NCBI RefSeq assembly: GCF_000260965.1
Contig: NC_017858.1
Location: forward strand, 1-32,000
Direction: 5' to 3'
Source: Methylophaga frappieri
Lineage (GTDB): Bacteria; Pseudomonadota; Gammaproteobacteria; Nitrosococcales; Methylophagaceae
Length of the DNA: 32,000 nt
The translations under genes were made by a program, and so were the position numbers. Position 1 is the first letter of the stretch, and every line of letters starts with the position of its first letter. Under the pieces are notes generated by a model. The model was not told the DNA's origin. It searched no databases and saw nothing but the letters and a program-made list of their open reading frames with translations. Of this stretch, positions 16,261-24,651 are shown piece after piece.

Positions 16261-18309
16261 ATGAGATTAAAACCACTGTATGTCATGCACGCATTAGCTA
16301 TTGCAAGTTATTCAATGTCTGCAAGCGCTGAGACACAAACTGACACTCAATTTAAAATGCCTGCAATACAAGTCGTGGGTTCTGAAGCCGGTAACATTTC
16401 ACGTCAAACCGGCGCAGTGGTGATAATAGACCGAGAAGAAATAGAACGTATTCAGCCGACATCAACCGAAGATGTTTTGCGTCGCGTCCCAGGTATTAAC
16501 GTTAAAACTGAAGAAGAGTCGGCTGTAGTTAGTAATGTTGGAATTCGCGGTCTCTCAGCAAGTGAATCAAAATCTTTAATTTTGGAAGATGGGGTTCCTG
16601 TCGCTCCAGGTTTATTTATTGGTAACGAACGTTACTTCAATCCACGTATTCAGCGTATGGAGAGTATTGAAATTCTGAAAGGATCCTCTTCTTTGCGTTA
16701 CGGGCCTTCCACTATCGGCGGTGTAATCAACTACCAGACGAAAACCCCTGATGATGGTGTGCATATTTCTACACGTTTTGGTTCTTTTAATACCCGTGAG
16801 GCAACTTTAGAAGCCGGTGGTCGTACAGAATCTGGCGATAGTTTTGCAGGCATAGTTGCCACAAGAGCTCTAAGCGATGGATTTATGGATAAAGATTACC
16901 GCATGAGTGACGTGATGATTAAAGCGGGTACAAAATTAAACGAAGATCATAGCCTTGGTGTGAAGTATTCATACTATCAAAATGAAGCTAATATCTCTTA
17001 CCGTGGGATGTTCTTGGATGATTACAAAGCAGGTAGAACATACAACCCTGCACCAGATGATTATTTTTTAACTGATCGCAGAGCTGTTGATGTCAACCAT
17101 GAATGGCATTTGAATAATAACGCTACATTGACAACATTGGCTTATTGGAGTGAAGTTTCTCGGGACTATTGGCGGTATAACGTCGATACCCCTGCTTCAA
17201 ATAATGCTGGGCGTTGGATTTACACTGATAACCTGACGGGTAACAACCGTAGCTTTGAACGATATGGTGTAGAAACCCGTTTGGCACTTGATCACAACAT
17301 GTTCGGTTTAAACAATGAAGCTGAGTTTGGCATACGTTGGATGACTGAAGAATCAGATGATAGACGTATCAGGGCCACGCGTGAGCAGGATCGTACGGGT
17401 ATTAATGACAGGCATAGGGAAGATAGCGCTGATAGCTTAGCTGCGTACGTTACCAACCGTTTCGAAATTACAGAACGCTTTGCTGTGACGCCGGGCCTTC
17501 GCGTTGAATCATATACACAGAAACGCAAAGTTTTAACACAAAACAATGAATCAGAAAGCACTTCAAATACTGAAGTATTGCCAGGTATTGGTGCCACCTA
17601 TCAATTGGTCCCTCAAGCACAGTTATATGGTGGTGTTTATCGCGCATTTTCACCTGCCTCAAATGGTGTAGCGCTCGACGGTCTGCAAGATCAAAATTTA
17701 GATGGCGAACGTTCAGTAAACTATGAATTAGGGGTACGAGGTGGCACCGGACCTATGACATATGAACTTACCGGTTTTTATATGGACTTTGATAATCAGG
17801 TTGTTACGGGAAACTCAGATCCTAACTTGTCGCAATCAAACGCTGGAGAGACAAAACATTACGGCTTGGAAGCTGCAATGGGTTATGAATTAGGTGGTGG
17901 TTTCAGTGTCGATGCAAATCTGACCTGGGTGCCATACTCTAGATTCGAAACGGGCGAAAATAGTGGAAATCGTTTGCCATATGCACCTAAATTCCTAGCA
18001 AACGTAGCTTTAAACTACACCCAAGGTAAATTCTCAAGTTCATTAACTGCTCACCACCGTGGTGAGCAATATGGTGATCCAACTAATTTAGAGGATATTC
18101 CAAGTGATGCTGCAGGTGGTATCTGGGGTGGTGAAATGCCGTCTTACACGGTATACGATCTTTTTGCGCAGTATCAAGTTAGTGAGCAATTTCGTGTACG
18201 CGGTGCTGTAAAAAACCTGTCTGATAAGCTTTACATCACCGGTTTACGCCAAGGTATTTATGTTGGCCCAGAACGTTCTTTCGAAGTTGGATTTGATTAC
18301 AGTTTCTAA
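16261..18309 (+). CDS. TonB-dependent outer-membrane receptor (siderophore/iron type)
   Basis: Signal peptide ending SASA, a plug domain (IQVVGSE...VLRRVPGINV...IEILKGSSSLRYG), a long beta-barrel and a terminal aromatic residue (FDYSF). The ATG at 16261 follows AAGGA. Confidence 0.92.
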   Translation: MRLKPLYVMHALAIASYSMSASAETQTDTQFKMPAIQVVGSEAGNISRQTGAVVIIDREEIERIQPTSTEDVLRRVPGINVKTEEESAVVSNVGIRGLSASESKSLILEDGVPVAPGLFIGNERYFNPRIQRMESIEILKGSSSLRYGPSTIGGVINYQTKTPDDGVHISTRFGSFNTREATLEAGGRTESGDSFAGIVATRALSDGFMDKDYRMSDVMIKAGTKLNEDHSLGVKYSYYQNEANISYRGMFLDDYKAGRTYNPAPDDYFLTDRRAVDVNHEWHLNNNATLTTLAYWSEVSRDYWRYNVDTPASNNAGRWIYTDNLTGNNRSFERYGVETRLALDHNMFGLNNEAEFGIRWMTEESDDRRIRATREQDRTGINDRHREDSADSLAAYVTNRFEITERFAVTPGLRVESYTQKRKVLTQNNESESTSNTEVLPGIGATYQLVPQAQLYGGVYRAFSPASNGVALDGLQDQNLDGERSVNYELGVRGGTGPMTYELTGFYMDFDNQVVTGNSDPNLSQSNAGETKHYGLEAAMGYELGGGFSVDANLTWVPYSRFETGENSGNRLPYAPKFLANVALNYTQGKFSSSLTAHHRGEQYGDPTNLEDIPSDAAGGIWGGEMPSYTVYDLFAQYQVSEQFRVRGAVKNLSDKLYITGLRQGIYVGPERSFEVGFDYSF

Positions 18310-18321
18310 TCCTAAAATAAA

Positions 18322-18350
18322 TGGGGTGCAGCACACATTGCCGCACCCCA
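18322..18350. terminator. Bidirectional hairpin between the convergent receptor and bfd genes
   Basis: TGGGGTGC-13 nt-GCACCCCA forms a perfect 8-bp stem. Confidence 0.55.
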
Positions 18351-18370
18351 ACTTTATATATCGGTTTCTT

Positions 18371-18574
18371 CTATTTAAGAACTAATTCATCAAGCAAGTT
18401 CTCAATATCATATTCACAGGAACCACAGCCTGAAATTGCGCCAGTTTTTCGTGAGATAGTATCGGTATCGACGATACCCTGCTCGACCAGGCTGATGATC
18501 TTCCCACGGGTTGTTCCGCTGCAATCACAGATCACTTCATCAGTTCTGTCTGAGGCGTTATTGTTGTTACTCAT
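18371..18574 (-). CDS. bfd: Bfd-like (2Fe-2S) ferredoxin (bacterioferritin-associated)
   Basis: 67 aa with the CDC...C-x2-C pattern (ICDCSGTTRGKI...GCGSCEYDI) typical of the BFD domain. Confidence 0.85.
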   Translation of the reverse strand: MSNNNNASDRTDEVICDCSGTTRGKIISLVEQGIVDTDTISRKTGAISGCGSCEYDIENLLDELVLK

Positions 18575-18843
18575 GCAAGTTAGCTACCTGACAATAATAA
18601 TTTTCAAAACAATTTTTCAGTTTGGTTTAGCATATTAAATAACCTAGGGCTTGTTGATCTTTCATATCCACCACAGCTGGCGGCTATTTTTGTGTCCGAC
18701 AAGGCGGAAAGCACGCAGTGTAGCCATCCTAGATAAGTAATTGACAACACAGGCGGTCGCAAAAATAGTCCCTGCCCTTCGGGTTGTGACTGAAAAAGCG
18801 CCACTTATGTCCACGGATGGACTGTATGCCGGCGCGCCAGGGA

Positions 18844-20172
18844 GGTGCGCGTCGGTCTGCGTTGCTCGTCGCTGGCTGGGTGCTCGCTTACGGCGGGGTT
18901 TTCTTCCTGGGGTTTGGCGGTTCGCGCTGGACCTCTGACATGGCAATCAACTACTACAAAACCGTGCTCGGGGTTGCTGCTCAACTCATGGCAATGGTGC
19001 TGTTGATTGGCATCGGTAAGACCTTCCTGGATGACTATTACAACCAAATGAGCGAGGGCATCAGCCTGAAAGAAATGGGCGTAATGCTCATTGTCGCGGT
19101 GATCCTTCTCGTTCTCGTGACCAAAGTTCCTCAGATGCTCGCGGGCGTCATTACCGGCGCTAGTGTGGGCGGTGCTGGCATTGGTTCTTTCGGTGCAGGC
19201 GCGGCGCTTGGCGCGGCAGGCATGGCAGCAGCAGCGGCAGCCACTGGCGGCGCAGCGATGGCAGCAGGCGCGTCCAACATGGCAGGCGGAGCACAAGCCC
19301 TAATGGCCGCATTCAGCAAAGCCAATGAGAACGTGGCAAACGGTAGCGACATTATGTCTGCGTTCACAGGCGGCGGTGGTGACGGCGGTGGCGGCGGTGG
19401 CGGTGGCGGTATGCCCGCCGAAGAAAGCACAGGTGATACCCCGTTCGCTCAAGCGGCTGGCTTTGGGGGCGGTGAATCTTCTGGCGGTGCCCAAGCCTCT
19501 AGTGGTGGCGAATCATCCAGCGGCGGCGAGTCCTCTAGCTCTAGCAGTAGTGACCAGGGAAGCACGGAAACAGCCAGTGCAGACACTGGATCAGCGGACA
19601 GCCAAAGCTCAAGCGAAGGGCAGGGCGATAGCTCTTCTGGTGCTCAGGCAGCAACAGCAGCAGCGGCAACCGGCGGCTTTATGGCCGGAGCCACGAAAGC
19701 GGGCAGGGTAGCAGCCGATACCGGCGCGAACCTGGCAAAAGGAACCGGGGCGGTTGCCAAGGCCAAGGCTGGACAAATGAAGGCCAAAGCCATGCAGCGC
19801 ATCGGTGATACAACAGGCGGCAAAATTGCTGCCGCGATCAAAGGCCAAGGTCAAGGTCAAGGAGGTGGTGACACAGGAAATGCAGGTGATAGCGGCTCGT
19901 CAGAATCTGGAGCCTCTGACAGCTCCCCGTCGTTCGGCAGCGATAGCTTGAGCGGTGGCAACGGCGGCGGCTGGGTAAACCAAACAGGCGGCTTTGATGC
20001 TCTGTCCAGCGAGGACCAGGACAAGGCCCGCCAATCACACGCTGAGTGGCAAGCACGCGACCCGGAAAAGCACACCTTCGACGTTGGGGACTACGTTTCG
20101 TATGCCCAGGAACGCCAGCAGGAACGCAATGAAGAGGTTGCCAGCTTTGTCAATAAAGGCCGTTCGGCCTAA
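18844..20172 (+). pseudogene. trbL: trbL 3' fragment (VirB6 family, C-terminal about 440 codons)
   Basis: LLVAGWVLAYGGVFFLGFGGSRWTSDMAINYYKTVLGVAAQLMAMVLLIGIGK is the conserved TrbL core, followed by a Gly/Ser/Ala-rich tail. The 5' limit is approximate (18844-18860). The ATG at 18817 is probably fortuitous. Confidence 0.85.
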
Positions 20173-20191
20173 CTAGATAGGAGTAATTGAA

Positions 20192-20671
20192 ATGAAACCA
20201 TTTTTCGTTGCCCTTAGCCTGTTTGCAGCCGCATTTGCGTTTACTGCACCGGCTCAAGCGGCCTCTCAAGATGAATGTGCAATTTGGATCTGCCTGCCAG
20301 GTGGTTTCCCTTCTGGCTGCGGTGCGGCCAAGTCAGCAATGCGTGACCGCATCAAAGACATGAAATCCCCGCTCCCCAGCTTCTCGTCCTGCGCGGTTAA
20401 CCCGCCGAATGGTAGTGGCAGTCACATGACTTCCGATCATGGGTTTGCTGCGTTTATTCCTGCTCACCGGGTGTGTAGCCAGTACCGCTACCGCCGCGAT
20501 GACCGGGAATGTGTCGCCTGGGAAACAGTGCCCGATCGTTACGTGAAGAACACTCGTTGTCGCACTGACCGCGACGGCAACCGCACGCCGCGCGGCTGCA
20601 CCAGGACGTACCGTTGGGCGGAAGTGTTCGTTGAAGGGCAGCTTGCAGGCCCAACCTACTACTGGAACTAA
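20192..20671 (+). CDS. trbM: TrbM
   Basis: Signal peptide plus ECAIWICLPGGFPSGCGAAK, a TrbM-family motif; lies after trbL. Confidence 0.85.
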   Translation: MKPFFVALSLFAAAFAFTAPAQAASQDECAIWICLPGGFPSGCGAAKSAMRDRIKDMKSPLPSFSSCAVNPPNGSGSHMTSDHGFAAFIPAHRVCSQYRYRRDDRECVAWETVPDRYVKNTRCRTDRDGNRTPRGCTRTYRWAEVFVEGQLAGPTYYWN

Positions 20672-20681
20672 GGGGGTCGTC

Positions 20682-21314
20682 ATGCTGCCGTTCATTGCTG
20701 ATATGCCACCCCTGGAACAAGAGCGCGTTGTGTGCTCGATCTCGGCTGCCGTGAAATATGAAGTGCCCGCCAATATTGTGCTGGCCGTAGCCGAGAAAGA
20801 AGGCGGTAGGCCGGGCCAGCGGGTGCGTAACTCGAACGGTACGCATGACGTTGGACCTATGCAGTTCAACACTGCATACCTGGGCGACCTGGAGAAATAC
20901 GGCATTACTGCGGACGATGTGGCAGCCTCTGGTTGCTACTCGTTCGACCTCGCCGCCTGGAGACTGCGCGGGCATATCCTGCACGACTCCGGGGACATTT
21001 GGACCAGGGCCGCCAACTACCATTCCCGCACACCGAAATATAACGCGATCTACCGCACCGACTTGATGCAGAAAGCCGTCAAGTGGGCCGACTGGCTTGA
21101 TGAACATTTTTCGACTGTCAACGTGACCGCCCAAGGTGGTGCCACTCCTGGCGATGGGACTGCTATGCAGCAAGTCATCCAGGAAGCGGCCAGAATCGAG
21201 GCTGACAGCTCTATTGAACAGTCTGGACGCCAAGGGCAGGGGAGTTACAGCCCAAGCCAGCAAAGCGGCTATGTGCCGCGCACGATCACGTTTAGTGCGG
21301 GGGCAGGGCAATGA
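20682..21314 (+). CDS. trbN: TrbN lytic transglycosylase (VirB1-like)
   Basis: SLT-type motif VLAVAEKEGG...HDVGPMQFN. AAGGGGG lies upstream of the ATG at 20682; the longer ORF from 20631 overlaps trbM. Confidence 0.88.
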   Translation: MLPFIADMPPLEQERVVCSISAAVKYEVPANIVLAVAEKEGGRPGQRVRNSNGTHDVGPMQFNTAYLGDLEKYGITADDVAASGCYSFDLAAWRLRGHILHDSGDIWTRAANYHSRTPKYNAIYRTDLMQKAVKWADWLDEHFSTVNVTAQGGATPGDGTAMQQVIQEAARIEADSSIEQSGRQGQGSYSPSQQSGYVPRTITFSAGAGQ

Positions 21315-22039
21315 CCGATAGCGCTGCCTCTCTGAAATCCGTCTGGACCATGCCCCGCCTGGTCGTTGCCGATGGCACTGTGGAAGGCTTGAAGTGGCTG
21401 GGCCTGCTGCTCATGACCGGGGATCACGTCAACAAGTACCTTTTCAATGGCACATTGCCCTTTCTGTTTGAGGCTGGCCGCCTGGCAATGCCGATCTTCG
21501 TCTTTGTCCTGGCGTACAACCTGGCCCGCCCGGGCCAACTCGAAAGGGGAGTGTACCAACGGACAATGAAGCGACTCGCCGCTTTCGGCGCCTTAGCTTC
21601 AATCCCGTTCATTGCCCTGGGCGGTCTATACGCTGGATGGTGGCCGCTCAATATCCTTTTCACGCTCCTGGCCCTGACGGCCACGGCGTACCTGATCGAG
21701 CGGGGCAGCATCGTATGGGCCGCCCTGGTGCTCATGAGCGCCGGGGCAATGGTCGAATATTGGTGGTCTGCGCTCCTGTTCGGTTTGGCCGTGTGGTCAT
21801 ACGCCAGAAAGCCGACCTTGGCGGCGGCAGGGGTTGCAGTTATCGCCTGCGCTGCCCTGGGTTTCATCAACGGCAACATGTGGGCACTGGCAGTGCTTCC
21901 GGTGTTGCTTGCGGCAACCTGTTTTGATTTGAGAATGCCCCGGCTCCGCTGGGCATTCTACGCCTATTATCCGTTACACCTCGGCGCTCTGTGGCTTATT
22001 CGCATTCCAATGAGCCATGCCGGATACCTGTTTTTTTGA
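21311..22039 (+). CDS. trbP: TrbP, TraX-family membrane acyltransferase
   Basis: 242-aa polytopic membrane protein with the TraX-like N-terminus LKWLGLLLMTGDHVNKYLF. It is the last trb gene, with an ATGA overlap with trbN. Confidence 0.8.
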   Translation: MTDSAASLKSVWTMPRLVVADGTVEGLKWLGLLLMTGDHVNKYLFNGTLPFLFEAGRLAMPIFVFVLAYNLARPGQLERGVYQRTMKRLAAFGALASIPFIALGGLYAGWWPLNILFTLLALTATAYLIERGSIVWAALVLMSAGAMVEYWWSALLFGLAVWSYARKPTLAAAGVAVIACAALGFINGNMWALAVLPVLLAATCFDLRMPRLRWAFYAYYPLHLGALWLIRIPMSHAGYLFF

Positions 22040-22052
22040 TTTGGAGTCATTC

Positions 22053-22478
22053 ATGCGTAAGTCACTTTGCACACTTCTAACTATTGGCTGTTTGGCCTTC
22101 ACTGGCTCGGCGCTGGCCGCTTCTAACGACTACCGCGAACCAGTATCAAGCACTGTCTCAGTTTCCTTTTCTGACAGCAGCTCGACTTTCCGGCCAGGCC
22201 CAACTAATGCCGTTCTTCTGGAAGCGGCCAGGGACGCATCACTGGTCACTATCAATGGCCGCACAAGCACTACCCGCCCAAGCAAAAGGGATGAAAGGCT
22301 GGCTTTGGCTCGCGCTGTTTCTGCCCGTGATTACCTGGTTGCTCAAGGCGTTTCGCCGCTCAAGATAATGATCAACTACGTATCTGCGGCTGACTTCGTG
22401 GCCGACAATGGAACGCCAGAAGGGCGGTATTTAAACCAACGTGTAGATATTCAAATGATCTACGTTCCAATGTACTGA
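22053..22478 (+). CDS. OmpA-C-like lipoprotein (IncP-1 upf30.5 position)
   Basis: Signal/lipobox LLTIGC and a C-terminal OmpA-like pattern (LALARAVSARDYLVAQG...NQRVDIQMIY). GGAG lies upstream of the ATG at 22053. Confidence 0.75.
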   Translation: MRKSLCTLLTIGCLAFTGSALAASNDYREPVSSTVSVSFSDSSSTFRPGPTNAVLLEAARDASLVTINGRTSTTRPSKRDERLALARAVSARDYLVAQGVSPLKIMINYVSAADFVADNGTPEGRYLNQRVDIQMIYVPMY

Positions 22479-22496
22479 AAATAAGGATTGAACATC

Positions 22497-22766
22497 ATGG
22501 CAGGACTTAATCAGACCAAAGAATTGCTTTCCATTGTTAGCAACCAAAAAAGCGGGGTTATTCCCGGCTGGATGGCAAAAGATGCTTCTAAAAAACTCGA
22601 TGGCGACCAGCCTAATACTGAACGTGCCGAGGCCATTATTAAGAAGCTGAACGAAAGCGAAAACCACCCGGCTTTAGCCGCTAAAGTCCGGGAAGCTGAA
22701 AAAGAGCTTTCCCAACACAAGAAGCTGAACCAAGACAAACCGCAAAAACGCGGTATGCGAATGTAG
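22497..22766 (+). CDS. Hypothetical 89-aa charged protein containing an OB site
   Basis: ATG at 22497 follows AAGGA (the track ORF starts at a TTG at 22488). No motif was recognised. Confidence 0.5.
   Translation: MAGLNQTKELLSIVSNQKSGVIPGWMAKDASKKLDGDQPNTERAEAIIKKLNESENHPALAAKVREAEKELSQHKKLNQDKPQKRGMRM
22673..22685. promoter_or_regulatory. Intragenic KorB operator (OB)
   Basis: Exact TTTAGCCGCTAAA. Confidence 0.8.
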
Positions 22767-22773
22767 AACACCA

Positions 22774-22805
22774 GGGAGTCAGGGAGTAGGGGCGGGAGTA
22801 GGGGC
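22774..22805 (+). repeat. Tandem GGGAGT(AGGGGC) repeats in an intergenic region
   Basis: GGGAGTC at 22774, then GGGAGTAGGGGC at 22782-22793 and again at 22794-22805. Confidence 0.7.
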
Positions 22806-22809
22806 GGAT

Positions 22810-23388
22810 ATGAAGATACCCAAGCCAGCATTTAAGGAAAGAAAAATGACAGAAACGATAACATCGAATGTTCACCGGATTAAGTTCAATTCCAGGCAAG
22901 AGTTTGCTGAGTTTGCCACGAGGGATGAAACGCCGCGATACAGCGTTATTTGCTCTAGCTTTTACCGGAAGCATCACTTGGTACTTGGAATTGCGCCTGG
23001 TGAAGCTCTTTTCTCAAACAACCAGACGGCTCTAAATAAAGTGGCTATTGCCTGGGATCGCAACCAGGTGAAGGTTTCACTTGTACCAACCGACCGCGAC
23101 CCTATTTATTGTGTTCCGTCCGATTGGCCAGATCATACTTGGCTTGTTACTGCCACCGCAGATTTTCCAGATGATCTTATTGAGCCAGTTTTTGCTATAG
23201 ATGGGCCTTTATTGTCCGCATCGCAAGAGAAAGCGGAAGAAATGGCTCTTGAACAACTCTGCAACCAGGACGAACACCCGTTACTTTTTATAGACAAGCA
23301 GGACGATATCGACAAAGAATTTTTGTCCGAAATTCTGGACGATGATGCAGAAAAATCCCCTTGGGAGTTTAACGGACAAAGCGCATGA
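22810..23388 (+). CDS. Hypothetical acidic cytoplasmic protein (180-192 aa)
   Basis: Intact ORF. The alternative start at 22846 has the better SD (AAGGA). The tail is acidic (DDIDKEFLSEILDDDAEKSPWEF) and the stop overlaps the next start (ATGA). Confidence 0.6.
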   Translation: MKIPKPAFKERKMTETITSNVHRIKFNSRQEFAEFATRDETPRYSVICSSFYRKHHLVLGIAPGEALFSNNQTALNKVAIAWDRNQVKVSLVPTDRDPIYCVPSDWPDHTWLVTATADFPDDLIEPVFAIDGPLLSASQEKAEEMALEQLCNQDEHPLLFIDKQDDIDKEFLSEILDDDAEKSPWEFNGQSA

Positions 23389-24353
23389 AAAAAGTAAGCA
23401 GCCTTAGCGGTATCTTTGACTTACTGCGCCCAATTAGCTGGATTGCATTGATTTCACTGCTCGCGCTCTCCAGCCGAGCAATCAGTTATGACTGGCTGTT
23501 ACTGGCCGCGTTGTGGCTTGCCCTGGCAGTCTCAGCCGGTGTATGGGCTATTCAGCAACCCTGGATTAAGGAAGCCAAGCGGCCATTCGAGCGACACACC
23601 AGCATCGCGCTTTCCATCCTTCTGATACCGATCCTTGCCTATATTGTGGCTTTAGCGTCTGGAGTCATTCTGGAGCGCATTTCTGCCGCCCGCTACGACA
23701 AAGCCCGCATTGAGTTTATGACCGACCCGGATGGCTTCCCCTTCATCAAGAATTTCGCTCTAGAACACTACGGGGCGCATGTCGTCCTAACGTCTCCCGT
23801 GTCAGGATGGACAACCAGCTCTTTCCCGTTACCTCATGCAAGCGCCGCATTCATGGCTATTGGCCCTGGGTTCTGTGAGCTAACCTTGAATCAGGAGAAC
23901 GTATTACGGGGGTTTAGTGGTGACGATCCCGGACTTTGGGTTAAAGGCGTAATGATCCATGAACTTGCGCATTGTCTCGACATATCCAGAGATATGCCCT
24001 CTTTCACCAACAATAAAATCGGTATTAAATCAATTGCTCCCACTGCTGCTGGAAATGTCGTCGATCTGGAAAGTCACATTGAAGCAGCTAATGGGCTTGC
24101 AACCAAACGTTGGCGAGAAGCTCTAGCTGACGTATTCGCTGTGGGCTACTGGAGAATGGTGGAGCCTTCCGCCAATAAGCTTGTAGCCGATCTGAAAGAG
24201 AAACGGCGCAATGGGGCCACTGCTCACACAACGAGCTGCTGGATACAATATGCAGCGAACGCCCCCTTACCAGACAATCTTAGTAGCCTACTTTCATGGG
24301 CTGATGAAATACGAACCACGGCGCATTGCGCACTGCAACATAAAAGAAGTTAA
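23385..24353 (+). CDS. Hypothetical membrane-anchored zinc metalloprotease (HExxH)
   Basis: Three N-terminal hydrophobic helices, then a soluble domain with HELAH (23958-23972) and a downstream EALADVFAVGYW. It is translationally coupled to the preceding ORF. Confidence 0.6.
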   Translation: MKKVSSLSGIFDLLRPISWIALISLLALSSRAISYDWLLLAALWLALAVSAGVWAIQQPWIKEAKRPFERHTSIALSILLIPILAYIVALASGVILERISAARYDKARIEFMTDPDGFPFIKNFALEHYGAHVVLTSPVSGWTTSSFPLPHASAAFMAIGPGFCELTLNQENVLRGFSGDDPGLWVKGVMIHELAHCLDISRDMPSFTNNKIGIKSIAPTAAGNVVDLESHIEAANGLATKRWREALADVFAVGYWRMVEPSANKLVADLKEKRRNGATAHTTSCWIQYAANAPLPDNLSSLLSWADEIRTTAHCALQHKRS

Positions 24354-24651
24354 AAATTCAAGATGCCGATAACGAAGCGACGCCAATTCACTGACAGCGC
24401 GATTAAACAGGCTTATGAGGAAGCCGGTAGCCTTTCCGGTATGGCCGAACGTCTCAATATCACATATCCCACGGCTGCGACGTGGGCACATGAACTAGGG
24501 CTAACCCTGAAACACCAGGGGTATAACAAGCCAACACTGGAGATAACAGGCTTACAGTGCCGCCATGCGCGGGAATACCTTGGATTAACGCGGGATATGT
24601 TCTGTGCAAAATCCAAGGTGAGCAAAACGGCCATACGTGAGTTTGAGCTAG

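Larger units (their letters stand above)
15367..18650. other. AT-rich foreign (chromosomal-type) segment replacing the middle of trbL
   Basis: Sampled lines are about 35-40% GC versus 55-60% in flanking trb DNA. The segment carries cysZ', a TonB-dependent receptor gene and bfd. No transposase gene or terminal repeats were found. Confidence 0.85.

Noticed and set aside
18682-18770. (C/G)ACAAAAATAG / GCAAAAATAG motifs reminiscent of Tn7-type TnsB binding sites.
   Set aside because: There are only two copies, inverted relative to each other. There is no terminal TGT...ACA pair, no tns genes and no matching left end at 15366. This is kept only as a junction curiosity.
18817-20172. The ORF starting at ATG 18817 as an intact, stand-alone trbL.
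   Set aside because: The first ~10 codons (MDCMPARQGG) lie in the junction DNA, there is no SD, and the TrbL signal peptide and N-terminal domain are 3.6 kb upstream at 15190.
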